Source: a virus (lineage: Duplodnaviria; Caudoviricetes). Taken from it: 64,000 bases of DNA. The stretch lies in IMG/VR virus record IMGVR_UViG_641736125_000004, positions 2,172 to 66,171 of that record. One strand, given 5' to 3'. The position numbers were made by a program, and so were the translations under genes. The notes under the pieces were generated by a model. That model was not told where the DNA came from and searched no databases. It saw nothing but the letters and a program-made list of their open reading frames with translations. Shown here piece by piece: positions 28,210 to 37,645 of this stretch; position 1 is the first letter of the stretch; each line of letters starts with the position of its first letter.

Positions 28210-29660
28210 AAGAACAAGCCCAATGGGAAGACGGCGTATATCAATTGGAGACGTCGGATCCGGTGATAGGTGGCCCGGATGGGATCGACAACCTGCAAGC
28301 GAAGCAACTGGCCAATCGCACGAAGTACCTCAAGCAACAGCAGGAGTCGCATGCGTCCGCCGTCGATCCGCATCCTCAATACGCGACGAAAACCGATCTT
28401 TCGCAGCGGTTGGCGGATCTGGTCGGCCAGTCTCCGTCGACGCTCGACACGTTGAACGAGCTTGCGAAAGCGCTCGGGAATGATCCGAACTTCGCGACGA
28501 CGATGACGAACGCATTGTCTCAGAAGGCGCCGCTGGATTCCCCGACGTTCACTGGCGCACCGAAAGGGACCACGCCAGCTCCGCTCGACAGCAGTACGAG
28601 AATGGCGACCACCGAGTTCGTCAGGCGCGCGCTCGGGAATGTGAATTTCGCGTCATACATTTCGTCGCAGAAGCTCACGGCATCGCAAGCGGGAAGCTGC
28701 ATCAATTTCTGGGGAGGCGCTGCGGCGACGTTCGCCTTGCCGGCCGTGTCGACCATGCCGCTTGGGGGCACGTTCCTGTTCAACAACAGCAGCGACGCCC
28801 CTTTGACGATCGTTCGCGACGGCAACGATTCGATTCTCCTGAACGGAGGGAATCCGAGCGCGACGTTGACGCTCGGGGATAGTTTGCTCCTCGTCGCTGT
28901 CCCGCCAGGACAGTGGATCGCAGCCGGCGGTAGCGCGCAGTTGCCGTTCTCGTCGGTCATGGCCGGTCCGAACTGGTCGACCGCGTCGCAGTTCGACAAC
29001 TCGGCCCGCCTCGCGACGACCGCATTCGTGCAGCGTGCGCTCGGCAGTTTCTCGGGAGCGGTCGATGCGGAAGGCGCGATCACGCTGAAAGCCGGACAGG
29101 CGGGGATGGTCGTCTATAGCACCAAGTCGCCGACCGTCACGCTTCCGTTGGTCTCGACCGTTCCCGAGGGCGCGGCGTTCTTTATTGCTGCGGCGGGCAC
29201 GATCGTGACGCAAGGCAGCGACGTGATTTACAACGCGAGCGGCAGCGCGGTGGGAGCGTCGTATGTCACGGGGCCGACCCCGACGTCGCCGGCCCCCGCG
29301 CTGGTCGTCCGAAACGGGGGCGTGTGGCAGATTCTCATGGGTTCGTCTGCCCTCAAGGGGGACAACCTGTTCGCCGCGACGCTGGCGATACCGGGATTCT
29401 CGAAATTCCCGAACGGGCTGATTTTGCAGTGGGGCAGCTTCATGTCGTCAGGCACGGGTAATCCCAACGCCACAGTGACGTTCCCGATTGCCTTCCCGAA
29501 TGCGTGTCTGGGGCTGTCGCCCACGATCGGCGGCGGCTCGATCGGCAATTTCACGGTGCAGACCTACGCCGCATTCAGGACCGGCGCGACCTTGAGTTGC
29601 CAGAACAACGCTGGCATGTCGGGCGGCGTAGGCGGCAATTATTTCGCGATTGGATTTTGA
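28197..29660 (+). CDS. Tail fibre protein
   Basis: DPHPQY, PSTLDTLNELAKALGNDPNFATT, two ATT.FV.RALG modules and C-terminal PNGLILQWG..FPIAFPN. Confidence 0.93.
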   Translation: MANLKEQAQWEDGVYQLETSDPVIGGPDGIDNLQAKQLANRTKYLKQQQESHASAVDPHPQYATKTDLSQRLADLVGQSPSTLDTLNELAKALGNDPNFATTMTNALSQKAPLDSPTFTGAPKGTTPAPLDSSTRMATTEFVRRALGNVNFASYISSQKLTASQAGSCINFWGGAAATFALPAVSTMPLGGTFLFNNSSDAPLTIVRDGNDSILLNGGNPSATLTLGDSLLLVAVPPGQWIAAGGSAQLPFSSVMAGPNWSTASQFDNSARLATTAFVQRALGSFSGAVDAEGAITLKAGQAGMVVYSTKSPTVTLPLVSTVPEGAAFFIAAAGTIVTQGSDVIYNASGSAVGASYVTGPTPTSPAPALVVRNGGVWQILMGSSALKGDNLFAATLAIPGFSKFPNGLILQWGSFMSSGTGNPNATVTFPIAFPNACLGLSPTIGGGSIGNFTVQTYAAFRTGATLSCQNNAGMSGGVGGNYFAIGF

Positions 29661-29675
29661 CTCAGGAGTGGGACA

Positions 29676-30128
29676 GTGGCTCAGAAATTCGCGGCACATG
29701 ATTCGAAGAATTTCATCACGGCGTTTTACGACAGCGTGGACAGCCCCGCGCCGGCGGGCGTGACGTGCACCGAGATCACGGACGAGCAATGGAAGATGCT
29801 GCTCGACGGCGAGTCGCGGGGCAAGCGCATGGCGCTGGACGATAGCGGCGTGCCGGTGCTGCTGGATCCGCCGCCGCCGACCATCGAACAGATCATCGTG
29901 AGCAATACGGCGATGCGTGATCGGCTGCTGGAGCGCGCGAGCGTCGCCCTGACGCCGTTACAGACCGCGATCATGCTGGGAGACGCAACCGACAGTGAGG
30001 CGCAGCAGGCCCGTGCATGGATCGCGTACACGCGTGCGGTTAAGGGGATCGACCTGACCCGGCACGAGCCGACGTGGCCCGAGCAACCCGAGATTGCCGG
30101 CGAGCGTAACGCGTCGACGCGACGATAG
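29676..30128 (+). CDS. Tail fibre assembly protein
   Basis: Follows the fibre gene. RDRLL..W..Y..WPEQP. Confidence 0.88.
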   Translation: MAQKFAAHDSKNFITAFYDSVDSPAPAGVTCTEITDEQWKMLLDGESRGKRMALDDSGVPVLLDPPPPTIEQIIVSNTAMRDRLLERASVALTPLQTAIMLGDATDSEAQQARAWIAYTRAVKGIDLTRHEPTWPEQPEIAGERNASTRR

Positions 30129-30194
30129 GCATCGCTACTCACTCGCAATCGAAGTCGCTTGCCCAAGCGGCTTTTTTCTTTTCTGGAGACCTGA

Positions 30195-31364
30195 ATGGGT
30201 GCTACCTCGTTTTATCACGGCGTCACGACGACGATCGTCGACGTCGGCCCGCGCACGATCGCCGTGCCGTCGTCGTCGGTGGTCGGCCTCGTCGATACGT
30301 ACGCGCCGGGCGCGGATCTCGTGCAACCGGACGTTCCGGTGCGGCTCACGAGCGAACACGACGCGGCGCAGGCGTTCGGCGAGCACAGCGCCGTCGCGCG
30401 AGCCGCGCGCGCGATCTTCGCGCAGAGCAAGGCGGCGATCGTCGCGGTCGGCGTCGAGAAGAAGGGCGACGCCGCGCAGCTCGCGACCGACGTGATCGGC
30501 GGCGTTTCGGCGGCCGGCAGACGGACTGGCCTGCAAGCGCTGCTCGATGGGAAATCGCTGTTCAACCTGCAACCGCGCCTGTTGATCGCGCCGGGCCATA
30601 CGTCGAAGCAGGCGGTGGCGACGGCGGCCGACGCGCTCGCGAACAAGTTGCGCGCGGTCGCGATCGTCGACGGGCCGAACACTGACGACGAGGCCGCGAT
30701 CGCCTACGCAAAGAACTTCGGCAGCAAACGGCTGTATCTGGTCGATCCGGGCGTGCGCTACTGGGACACGGGCGCGAACGTCGACGCCGATGCGCCGGCG
30801 TCCGCGTACGCGGCCGGCATGTTCTGCCAGACGGACGCCGCGATCGGCTTCTGGGCGTCGCCGTCGAACAAGGAAATCGTCGGGATCACGGGCACGAGCC
30901 GGCCGATCGAGTTCCTCGACGGCGACGAGACGTGCCGCGCGAACCTGCTGAACAACGCGTTCGTCACGACGATCATTCGCGACGGTGGTTTCAGGCTGTG
31001 GGGCAACCGCACACTGTCGGCCGATCCGAAATGGTCGTTCGTCACGCGCGTGCGCACGCTCGACATCGTCATGGACGCGGTGCAGGCCGGCCACAAGTGG
31101 GCGGTCGACCGCGGCATCACGGCGACCTACGTGAAGGACGTCACGGAAGGGCTGCAGGCGTTCATGCGCGACCTGCGCGCACAGGGCGCGATCATCAATT
31201 TCGAGGTCTACGCGGATCCGCGCCTGAACAGCGCGAGCCAGCTCGAACAGGGCAAGGTGTACTGGAACATCCGGTTCACTGACGTTCCGCCAGCAGAAAA
31301 CCCGATCTTCCGCTTCGAGGTCACGAATCAGTGGCTCACGGAAGTGCTCGATACCCAATCGTAG
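30195..31364 (+). CDS. Tail sheath protein (P2 FI)
   Basis: FYHGV, GFWASPSN and GFRLWGNRT. Confidence 0.96.
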   Translation: MGATSFYHGVTTTIVDVGPRTIAVPSSSVVGLVDTYAPGADLVQPDVPVRLTSEHDAAQAFGEHSAVARAARAIFAQSKAAIVAVGVEKKGDAAQLATDVIGGVSAAGRRTGLQALLDGKSLFNLQPRLLIAPGHTSKQAVATAADALANKLRAVAIVDGPNTDDEAAIAYAKNFGSKRLYLVDPGVRYWDTGANVDADAPASAYAAGMFCQTDAAIGFWASPSNKEIVGITGTSRPIEFLDGDETCRANLLNNAFVTTIIRDGGFRLWGNRTLSADPKWSFVTRVRTLDIVMDAVQAGHKWAVDRGITATYVKDVTEGLQAFMRDLRAQGAIINFEVYADPRLNSASQLEQGKVYWNIRFTDVPPAENPIFRFEVTNQWLTEVLDTQS

Positions 31365-31374
31365 GAGGTGAACC

Positions 31375-31878
31375 ATGGTTCCGGAAACGCTTTTCAATCT
31401 CGCGATGTACGTCGACGGTCGCGGCTTCGTCGGCCGCACGACCGAGGTGACGCCGCCGAAGCTGAAGATCAAGACGGACGATTTTCGCGCGGGCGGCATG
31501 GACGCGGCGGTGAAGACCGACCAAGGCATGGAGGCGCTCGAAGCGTCGTTCGCGATGTCGACGCTGGAGCGCGACGTGCTGAAGTTCTTCGGCATCGCGG
31601 ACGGCACCGCGTTCAACGCGACGTTTCGCGGGTCGTTCCGCGACATCAAGGGCGGCTCGAAAGCCGTTGCCGTTCATATGCGCGGCATGCTGACCGAGGT
31701 CGATTCCGGCTCGTGGAAGCCGGGCGAGAAGGCTGAAATCAAATACGCCGCGTCGCTGAACTACTACAAGCTGGAGATCGCGGGTTCGGTCATGCATGAG
31801 ATCGACGTCTTCGGCTTCGTGCGCGTGATCGACGGCGTCGACCAGCTCGCGCAGGTGCGCCGCGATCTCGGCATGTGA
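31375..31878 (+). CDS. Tail tube protein (P2 FII)
   Basis: PPKL..DDFRAGGMD..YYKLEI.G..EID. Confidence 0.95.
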   Translation: MVPETLFNLAMYVDGRGFVGRTTEVTPPKLKIKTDDFRAGGMDAAVKTDQGMEALEASFAMSTLERDVLKFFGIADGTAFNATFRGSFRDIKGGSKAVAVHMRGMLTEVDSGSWKPGEKAEIKYAASLNYYKLEIAGSVMHEIDVFGFVRVIDGVDQLAQVRRDLGM

Positions 31879-31947
31879 CGCGCGGCAAAGCAACTTTGAA
31901 CCCAAGGGGCGCGTCGTGCGCCCTTTTCTATATTTCGAGGAAACCCG

Positions 31948-32250
31948 ATGGACACGATCACGATCAAGCTCGAATACCCGATCACGCTCGACGGCGTGCT
32001 GCGCGACACGCTGACGATGCGCCGCCCGAAGGTGCGCGACGTGCGCGGCGCGAGCAAGCGCGCGCAGGACGACGACGAACTGCGCGAGATCACGCTGTTC
32101 GCGATGCTCGCCGACGTTGCGCCCGACGAGCTGGAGCAGATGGACATGGCCGACTACGTGGCGATGCAGCGCGCGTACGACTCCTTTCGAACCTCTGGCC
32201 CGATTGCACGAAAAGACCGTCAAGGCGATGGCGAAGCGCCTGCTGCGTGA
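31948..32250 (+). CDS. Tail assembly chaperone (gpE-like)
   Basis: L.YPI..LTMRRPKVRD..LEQMDMADY, between tube and tape measure genes. Confidence 0.9.
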   Translation: MDTITIKLEYPITLDGVLRDTLTMRRPKVRDVRGASKRAQDDDELREITLFAMLADVAPDELEQMDMADYVAMQRAYDSFRTSGPIARKDRQGDGEAPAA

Positions 32251-32320
32251 GTGCGCGGTGAGCCCTCAGGCGGTCGACGATCTGACGCTTGAGGATCTGG
32301 TGTGGTGGTTGACGGACTGA
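32186..32320 (+). CDS. E'-like chaperone extension in the +1 frame (probably reached by programmed frameshift)
   Basis: FEPLARLHEKTVKAMAKRLLRECAVSPQAVDDLTLEDLVWWLTD resembles gpE' C-termini. Its frame is +1 relative to 31948. Confidence 0.65.
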   Translation, partial: FEPLARLHEKTVKAMAKRLLRECAVSPQAVDDLTLEDLVWWLTD

Positions 32321-32337
32321 TGTGACAGGGAGCGGAG

Positions 32338-34752
32338 ATGGCACGCGAAATCGCGTTGGGGATCGTGATCGGTGGGGCGGTATCCGCGACGTTCGGCAAG
32401 GCGATCTCCGACACGCAATCGAAGATCGTCGGGCTGCGCAAGACGGCCGCCGAGAAGGGCATGTGGCAGCGTCAGATCGGCGAGACGATCAAGTTACAGG
32501 ATGAGTTCCGCCGCCTGCATCGCGCGGGCGACAGCGCGGCCGAGACGATCCGGCGCAAGCTGGATTCGAATCTGCGGACGTTGCGCGACGCCGGCATCGA
32601 GGTCGACCGGCTCGATCGCGCGTATGCGCGGCTCGGCCGCACCGCGCGCGGGCTTGAACTGCGCGCGATGGGGCACGAGCGCCTGAGCGGCGGCCGGGAG
32701 GCGATGCGCGGCGCGGTCGGCGACTCGATGAAGCTGACCGCCGCGATCGCGGTGCCGACGATGGTGTCGGCGCAGTATCAGGCGATCATCCGCGACATCG
32801 CGATCAAGGCGGGCATCGCGCGCACGGGAGAAGAGCGCGCGATGTCCGACCGGATTCGCCGAGACGCGACGGCGAACGGGATGAACCGCAACGAGCTGGC
32901 CGAGGCGGTGAATCAGATGGTGGCGGCCGGCATGGACGTCGATCGCGCGCTCGGTTTCGCGCCGGCTGTGGCGAAGTTCTCGATCGGTCAGGGCGCGACG
33001 AGCGTCGAGACGGCGAAGATGATTCAGGCGCTGGAGCAGAACGCGGACATCAAGGATCCGGCCGCGATGCTCAAGGCGCTGGAGGCGATCGCGTATCTCG
33101 GCAAGGAGGGGTCGTTCGAGTCGGTCGACATGGCCCGCTGGTTCCCGGTGCTGCTCGCCGAAATGAAGAAGATCGGCATCACGGGGCAGGATTCGGTGAC
33201 GCAGCTGGGCGCGATGCTTCAGGTTCAGATGAAGACGGCGGGCAACGCCGACGAAGCCGCAAACAACCTGAAGAACTGGTTCTCGAAGATCGGCTCGGGC
33301 GAGACGGAACGCAACTACAAGAAAGCCGGTGTCGGTTACGAAACCAAGATGAAGGAAGCGGTCGGCAAGGGCTGGTCGACGCTCGAAGCGTCGTTCGTGC
33401 TCGCGCGTGCGTACATCGAGCGGGTCGATCCGGCGAAGGCGAAGCAGTTGGCCGAGGCGGCGAAGTCGATCAACGCCGAGCTGGATCCGGCCAAGCGTCA
33501 GAAACAGATTCGTGCGTTCGAAGAGACGATGAAGACGGGCGATCTGTTCAACGACATGCAGGTGAAGGCGGCGCTCACGGCGTACTTGCAGAACGCCGAC
33601 CTCTACTCGAATCTGAAGCGCAACGCCGCATCAGCGAGCGGCGAGATCGAGAAGGATCTCCGGGACCGCCGCGAGACGTCCAAGCAGATCTGGAAAGAGG
33701 TCGTCGATCAGTGGGACGACGCGATGCGCAGCATCGGCGACGCGTTGAGGCCGGTGACGGATCTGGCGGGCGAGCAGGCGAAGAAAGCGGGCGGCAAGGT
33801 GCGCGACATCGTCGATGCGTCGCCGCGCGCGGCGGCGGCTGTCATCGGCATCGCGGGCGCGGCGATCGCGTATCGCGGCGCGCGTGCGGCGTGGTCGATC
33901 GGTCGCGGCGTGCTCGATGTCGCGCGTGGTGGCTGGATGACGCGCGGCAGTGAGCGTAGCGGGAAGGGCGGCAAGGGGGCGAAGCCGGGGCGCGACGCTC
34001 AGGCGCTCGACGCGCTCGGGGCAGCGGCCAGCGGCGTGCAGCGCGTGTTCGTTGTCAACCTGCCGGGCGGCGGCATCGGCGGCGGCTCCGTCGGCGATCT
34101 GATCGAGGGCGCGGCAGTTGCGGCGAGCGGCAAGGCGGGCCGGGCCGGACGCTTCGGCCGGCTCGGCCGGGCACTGGGCGGCATTGCCGGCCGCGTATTG
34201 CCGTACGCGGGAAAGATCGCGCTCGCCGGGACGGTGCTGAAGGTCGGGCTCGCGGCGAAGGACGCATACGCGGTCGCGGCCGGCGACGATCCGCGCGCGC
34301 GGAAGGCCGAGAACTTCGCGGGCATCGGCGGCAGTCTCGCGGGCGGCGTCGTCGGCGCGAAGCTCGGCGCGTCGATCGGCGCATTCGGCGGGCCGATTGG
34401 CGCTGCGATCGGCGGCGTCGCGGGCGGGGCGATCGGCACCTTCGCCGGCCAGAAGCTGCTCGGGGCGCTCACGCGCTGGGCATTCCAGCAGCGCGGCGAC
34501 GCGCCGGAAGCCGCGCGCGCGGTCGCGAACGCGAAGGCGCTCGTCGAGCCCGGCGTCGCCGAGCGTCGGGCGTTCAAGGTCGAGCAGCAAAACAGCTTTG
34601 CGCCGGTCTTCAACATCAAGCTGGAGGGCGGATCCGATCAGGCGATGGCCGACCGGCTGCTCGCGCGGATCAATCCGCAGATCCAACGGGCGATGACCCA
34701 ATCGATGACCAGTAACAACCGGTCGGCGCTGTTCGACGCGCCGCACCTGTAG
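32338..34752 (+). CDS. Tape measure protein
   Basis: 804 aa, Ala/Gly-rich and helical, with EAANNLKN. Position after the chaperone. Confidence 0.93.
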   Translation: MAREIALGIVIGGAVSATFGKAISDTQSKIVGLRKTAAEKGMWQRQIGETIKLQDEFRRLHRAGDSAAETIRRKLDSNLRTLRDAGIEVDRLDRAYARLGRTARGLELRAMGHERLSGGREAMRGAVGDSMKLTAAIAVPTMVSAQYQAIIRDIAIKAGIARTGEERAMSDRIRRDATANGMNRNELAEAVNQMVAAGMDVDRALGFAPAVAKFSIGQGATSVETAKMIQALEQNADIKDPAAMLKALEAIAYLGKEGSFESVDMARWFPVLLAEMKKIGITGQDSVTQLGAMLQVQMKTAGNADEAANNLKNWFSKIGSGETERNYKKAGVGYETKMKEAVGKGWSTLEASFVLARAYIERVDPAKAKQLAEAAKSINAELDPAKRQKQIRAFEETMKTGDLFNDMQVKAALTAYLQNADLYSNLKRNAASASGEIEKDLRDRRETSKQIWKEVVDQWDDAMRSIGDALRPVTDLAGEQAKKAGGKVRDIVDASPRAAAAVIGIAGAAIAYRGARAAWSIGRGVLDVARGGWMTRGSERSGKGGKGAKPGRDAQALDALGAAASGVQRVFVVNLPGGGIGGGSVGDLIEGAAVAASGKAGRAGRFGRLGRALGGIAGRVLPYAGKIALAGTVLKVGLAAKDAYAVAAGDDPRARKAENFAGIGGSLAGGVVGAKLGASIGAFGGPIGAAIGGVAGGAIGTFAGQKLLGALTRWAFQQRGDAPEAARAVANAKALVEPGVAERRAFKVEQQNSFAPVFNIKLEGGSDQAMADRLLARINPQIQRAMTQSMTSNNRSALFDAPHL

Positions 34753-34760
34753 GAGAGGCG

Positions 34761-35642
34761 ATGGATTTCGTGAAGAGCATCACGCAGGCGGCGACGCAGG
34801 CCAGTATCGCGGCCGAGCGCGCGCGGCACGTGAGCCGCGTCTACGAGCGCAATCGCGCGGCGAGCCAAAACACCGTCGACACGTTGACGAAGCTCGCGAC
34901 GGGCAATCTGACGTCGGCCGCCGAGCTGCTGAACGGCGCGAGCAGCGCACTGTCGGTCGCGACCGATCTGAGCCCGAAGGTCGGCGAGGTGACGCGCGGG
35001 TTTCGGGCGACGGCGGGCGCGGTCGGCAGCGTGCTGCGGATCGCGAACGCCTCGAACCATCCGCAGATCCACGCGGCGGCGCAATCGGTCACGACGGCGC
35101 TGAAGGGCGTCGAGACACAGTTCGCCGCCGTGGTCGGCACCGACACGGCGAAGGCCGTGAAATCGGTGTTGCAGGCGACCGGGCTCGGCGCGGTGTTCGA
35201 TGCAGTGGGCGGTGACGCTTCGTCGGCTACCCCTCATCTGCTGACGCTGACGACCGATGAAGGGCGACGCTTCAACTTTGGGCTGTCGACGGCCGCATTC
35301 GACAAGCTGCGACGCACGACGCGCTACAAGGTCGCGTCGCAAGAGCGCCTGAACCGGCCGGAAGCGTTGCAGGCGGTGAGCCAGGGCGGCGAAACGATCG
35401 TGCTGTCCGGCGTCGTGTTCCCGGCGCTCGGGGCGGGCGCGCGCCAGTTGGAGACGCTGCGCGCGATCGGCGGGAAGATGAAGCCGGTGCAGCTCACGGG
35501 CGGCACGGGCGACGTGTTCGGGCGGTGGTATCTGCAATCGATCGAGGAAGAACAGGAGGCGCTCATGTCGGACGGAGCGCCGCGCAAGCAAACCTTCAGT
35601 CTGGAGTTTGGCCGCTATGGCGAGGACTTTAAGAACATCTGA
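34761..35642 (+). CDS. P2 gpU-like tail protein with N-terminal extension
   Basis: C-terminal LSGVVFP..G.VFGRW..DGAPRK..FSLE. Confidence 0.85.
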   Translation: MDFVKSITQAATQASIAAERARHVSRVYERNRAASQNTVDTLTKLATGNLTSAAELLNGASSALSVATDLSPKVGEVTRGFRATAGAVGSVLRIANASNHPQIHAAAQSVTTALKGVETQFAAVVGTDTAKAVKSVLQATGLGAVFDAVGGDASSATPHLLTLTTDEGRRFNFGLSTAAFDKLRRTTRYKVASQERLNRPEALQAVSQGGETIVLSGVVFPALGAGARQLETLRAIGGKMKPVQLTGGTGDVFGRWYLQSIEEEQEALMSDGAPRKQTFSLEFGRYGEDFKNI

Positions 35643-35823
35643 CGGCGACGTGCTCGACACGCTCTGCTATGCCGCGTACGGCACGCTGAGCGGGACCGTC
35701 GAAGCCGTCTACGAAGCGAATCCGGGCCTCGCGCGCGAGCTGCAGCCGTTCCGCTCGGGCGTGTTGATCACGTTGCCGGATCTCGACGCGCCGCGCGATG
35801 AACCGATTCAGCTTTGGTCGTGA
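35617..35823 (+). CDS. Tail protein X (LysM-like)
   Basis: GDVLDTLC..YG..VEAVYEANPGLA..IQLW. Confidence 0.92.
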   Translation: MARTLRTSDGDVLDTLCYAAYGTLSGTVEAVYEANPGLARELQPFRSGVLITLPDLDAPRDEPIQLWS

Positions 35824-35832
35824 GGGCGGGCG

Positions 35833-36885
35833 ATGCAGGCGATATTCCAGATCATCGCGAACGGCGCGGACATCACGCGCACGATTCAGGATCGCGTGCT
35901 GCGGATCCGGACGACCGACAAACCGGGCCTCGAGGCGGACGATTGCGAGATCGAACTCGACGACCGCGACGGCGTAATCCGCTTCCCGCCGAAGGGCGCG
36001 ACGCTGAAGATCTCGCTCGGTTGGGCGGGGCACGGGCTGTCGGCGCTCGGCGAGTACGCGATCGACGAGATCGTATTACGTGGGCCGCCGGCGACGATCG
36101 TGATCCGAGGGCGGCCGGCGAACCTGCGGGCGACGTCGAAGACGCACCGTTACGGCAGTTGGTCGAACGCGAAGCTCGCCGACGTCGTCGGCGACATCGC
36201 GCGTCGCAACAAGTGGGCGGCCGCGTGCTCGATCGACGTTGTCGTGCCGCGCGCGGATCAGTTCGGCGAAAGCGACCTGCACTTCGTCACGCGGATCGCG
36301 AGGCAGTACGGGGCGACGGCGACCGTGAAGGCCGGCAAGCTGATCGTCACGCCGATCGGCGGCGGCAAGAGCGCGAGCGGCAAGGTGCTGCCGTCGCTCG
36401 CGCTCGCTCCCGATCAGTTGATCGACTACGAGATCTTGTTTCCGGATCGTGCGAGCTTCGCGGCCGTGCGCACGAAGGTGCATGACGCGAAGTCGGGCAA
36501 GAAGATCGATCTCGTGATCCCGAACCCGGATGCGCCGCCCGGTGCGGCAGCCGTGCACACCGAGCGTCACGCGTTCGCGAGCCCGCAGGCGGCGAAAGCC
36601 GCGGCATCCGCGCGACTCGCGAAACTGAATCGGCACACGGCCACGAGCCGCTTGCGGATGCTCGGCCGCGCCGACGTGTCGGCGGAGAAGACGGTGACGC
36701 TGAAGGGCTTCAAGCGCGACGCGGACGGCGACTTCCTTGTCGAGTCGGTGACGCACGAATACGCCGGCCGCAGTTGGGAGACCGAAGTCGTGCTCAACGC
36801 CGGCAACAAGGGGAAGGCGAAGGCCGGACACGGCAAGAAACAGGCAAAGAAGATCAATCTCGTTGTCCCGGCGCCGCAGCCGTAA
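35833..36885 (+). CDS. P2 gpD-like baseplate hub / late control protein
   Basis: G.EAD..IELDD and DQ..ESDLHF.TR.A..Y.A.ATVK.G.L. Confidence 0.93.
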   Translation: MQAIFQIIANGADITRTIQDRVLRIRTTDKPGLEADDCEIELDDRDGVIRFPPKGATLKISLGWAGHGLSALGEYAIDEIVLRGPPATIVIRGRPANLRATSKTHRYGSWSNAKLADVVGDIARRNKWAAACSIDVVVPRADQFGESDLHFVTRIARQYGATATVKAGKLIVTPIGGGKSASGKVLPSLALAPDQLIDYEILFPDRASFAAVRTKVHDAKSGKKIDLVIPNPDAPPGAAAVHTERHAFASPQAAKAAASARLAKLNRHTATSRLRMLGRADVSAEKTVTLKGFKRDADGDFLVESVTHEYAGRSWETEVVLNAGNKGKAKAGHGKKQAKKINLVVPAPQP

Positions 36886-36906
36886 CGCGGACGTCGGACA
36901 TGCAGC

Positions 36907-36945
36907 AGAGCCGCTCACGGGCAACCGGAGCGGCTCTTTCTTTTT
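36907..36945 (+). terminator. Intrinsic terminator-like hairpin before the lysis genes
   Basis: AGAGCCGCTC..GAGCGGCTCT followed by TTCTTTTT. Confidence 0.6.
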
Positions 36946-36960
36946 GTGGAGTCAATCACT

Positions 36961-37155
36961 GTGAAAAGCGAAATTGCGGCGAGCGCTGCGAAGAGCGCCC
37001 CGCCGGTTGCGTCGTCGCTGTGGCTGTGGGCGTCGGGACACGATGCGAACTGGTGGGCGTCGCTGCTCGTGTCGATTCTGACGGGCGGCTACATCTGCCT
37101 TCAGTGCTACTACCTGATCAAGAACAAGGGGCGTCGAGGTGGCAGGCATGGTTAG
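36961..37155 (+). CDS. Putative holin
   Basis: 64 aa with a hydrophobic segment and basic C-terminus, directly before the endolysin. Confidence 0.7.
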   Translation: MKSEIAASAAKSAPPVASSLWLWASGHDANWWASLLVSILTGGYICLQCYYLIKNKGRRGGRHG

Positions 37156-37645
37156 GGTGCCGAAGAAGACGCTCGCCGGCGTCGTCGGCGCGATCGCGGC
37201 AGGCGTGCTGGCCGTGGTCGTGCCGAAGTTCGAGGGCGTCAAGCTGGTGGGCTATCTCGATCCGGTCGGCATCCCGACGAAGTGCATGGGCGACACGCGC
37301 GACGTCGTGGTCGGGAAGGCGTACAGCGAGGCCGAGTGTCGCGCGTCACTCGAAACGCAGTTGATCGCGCACGCCGAACCCGTGCTGCGTTGCACGCCGG
37401 GGCTGAAAGATCGTCCGTATCAGCTCGCGGCGGCCGTTAGCTTTGCATACAACGTCGGCACGAACGCCTATTGCGACAGCACGACGGCGAAGCGCTTCAA
37501 TGCGGGCGACCTGCGCGGCGCGTGCCGCGCGATTAACGAGGCCGATGACGGTCGCCCGCAATGGGTGACGGCGCGGGGGCGCGTGCTGCCCGGTTTGGTG
37601 AAGCGGCGCGCGGAAGAGCGCGCGATCTGCGAGCGGGGGCTGTGA
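37148..37645 (+). CDS. GH24 lysozyme, SAR-type endolysin
   Basis: N-terminal Gly/Ala-rich SAR segment, E-8-D-5-T triad (FEG..YLDPVGIPT), SFAYNVG and LPGLVKRR. Confidence 0.93.
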   Translation: MVRVPKKTLAGVVGAIAAGVLAVVVPKFEGVKLVGYLDPVGIPTKCMGDTRDVVVGKAYSEAECRASLETQLIAHAEPVLRCTPGLKDRPYQLAAAVSFAYNVGTNAYCDSTTAKRFNAGDLRGACRAINEADDGRPQWVTARGRVLPGLVKRRAEERAICERGL

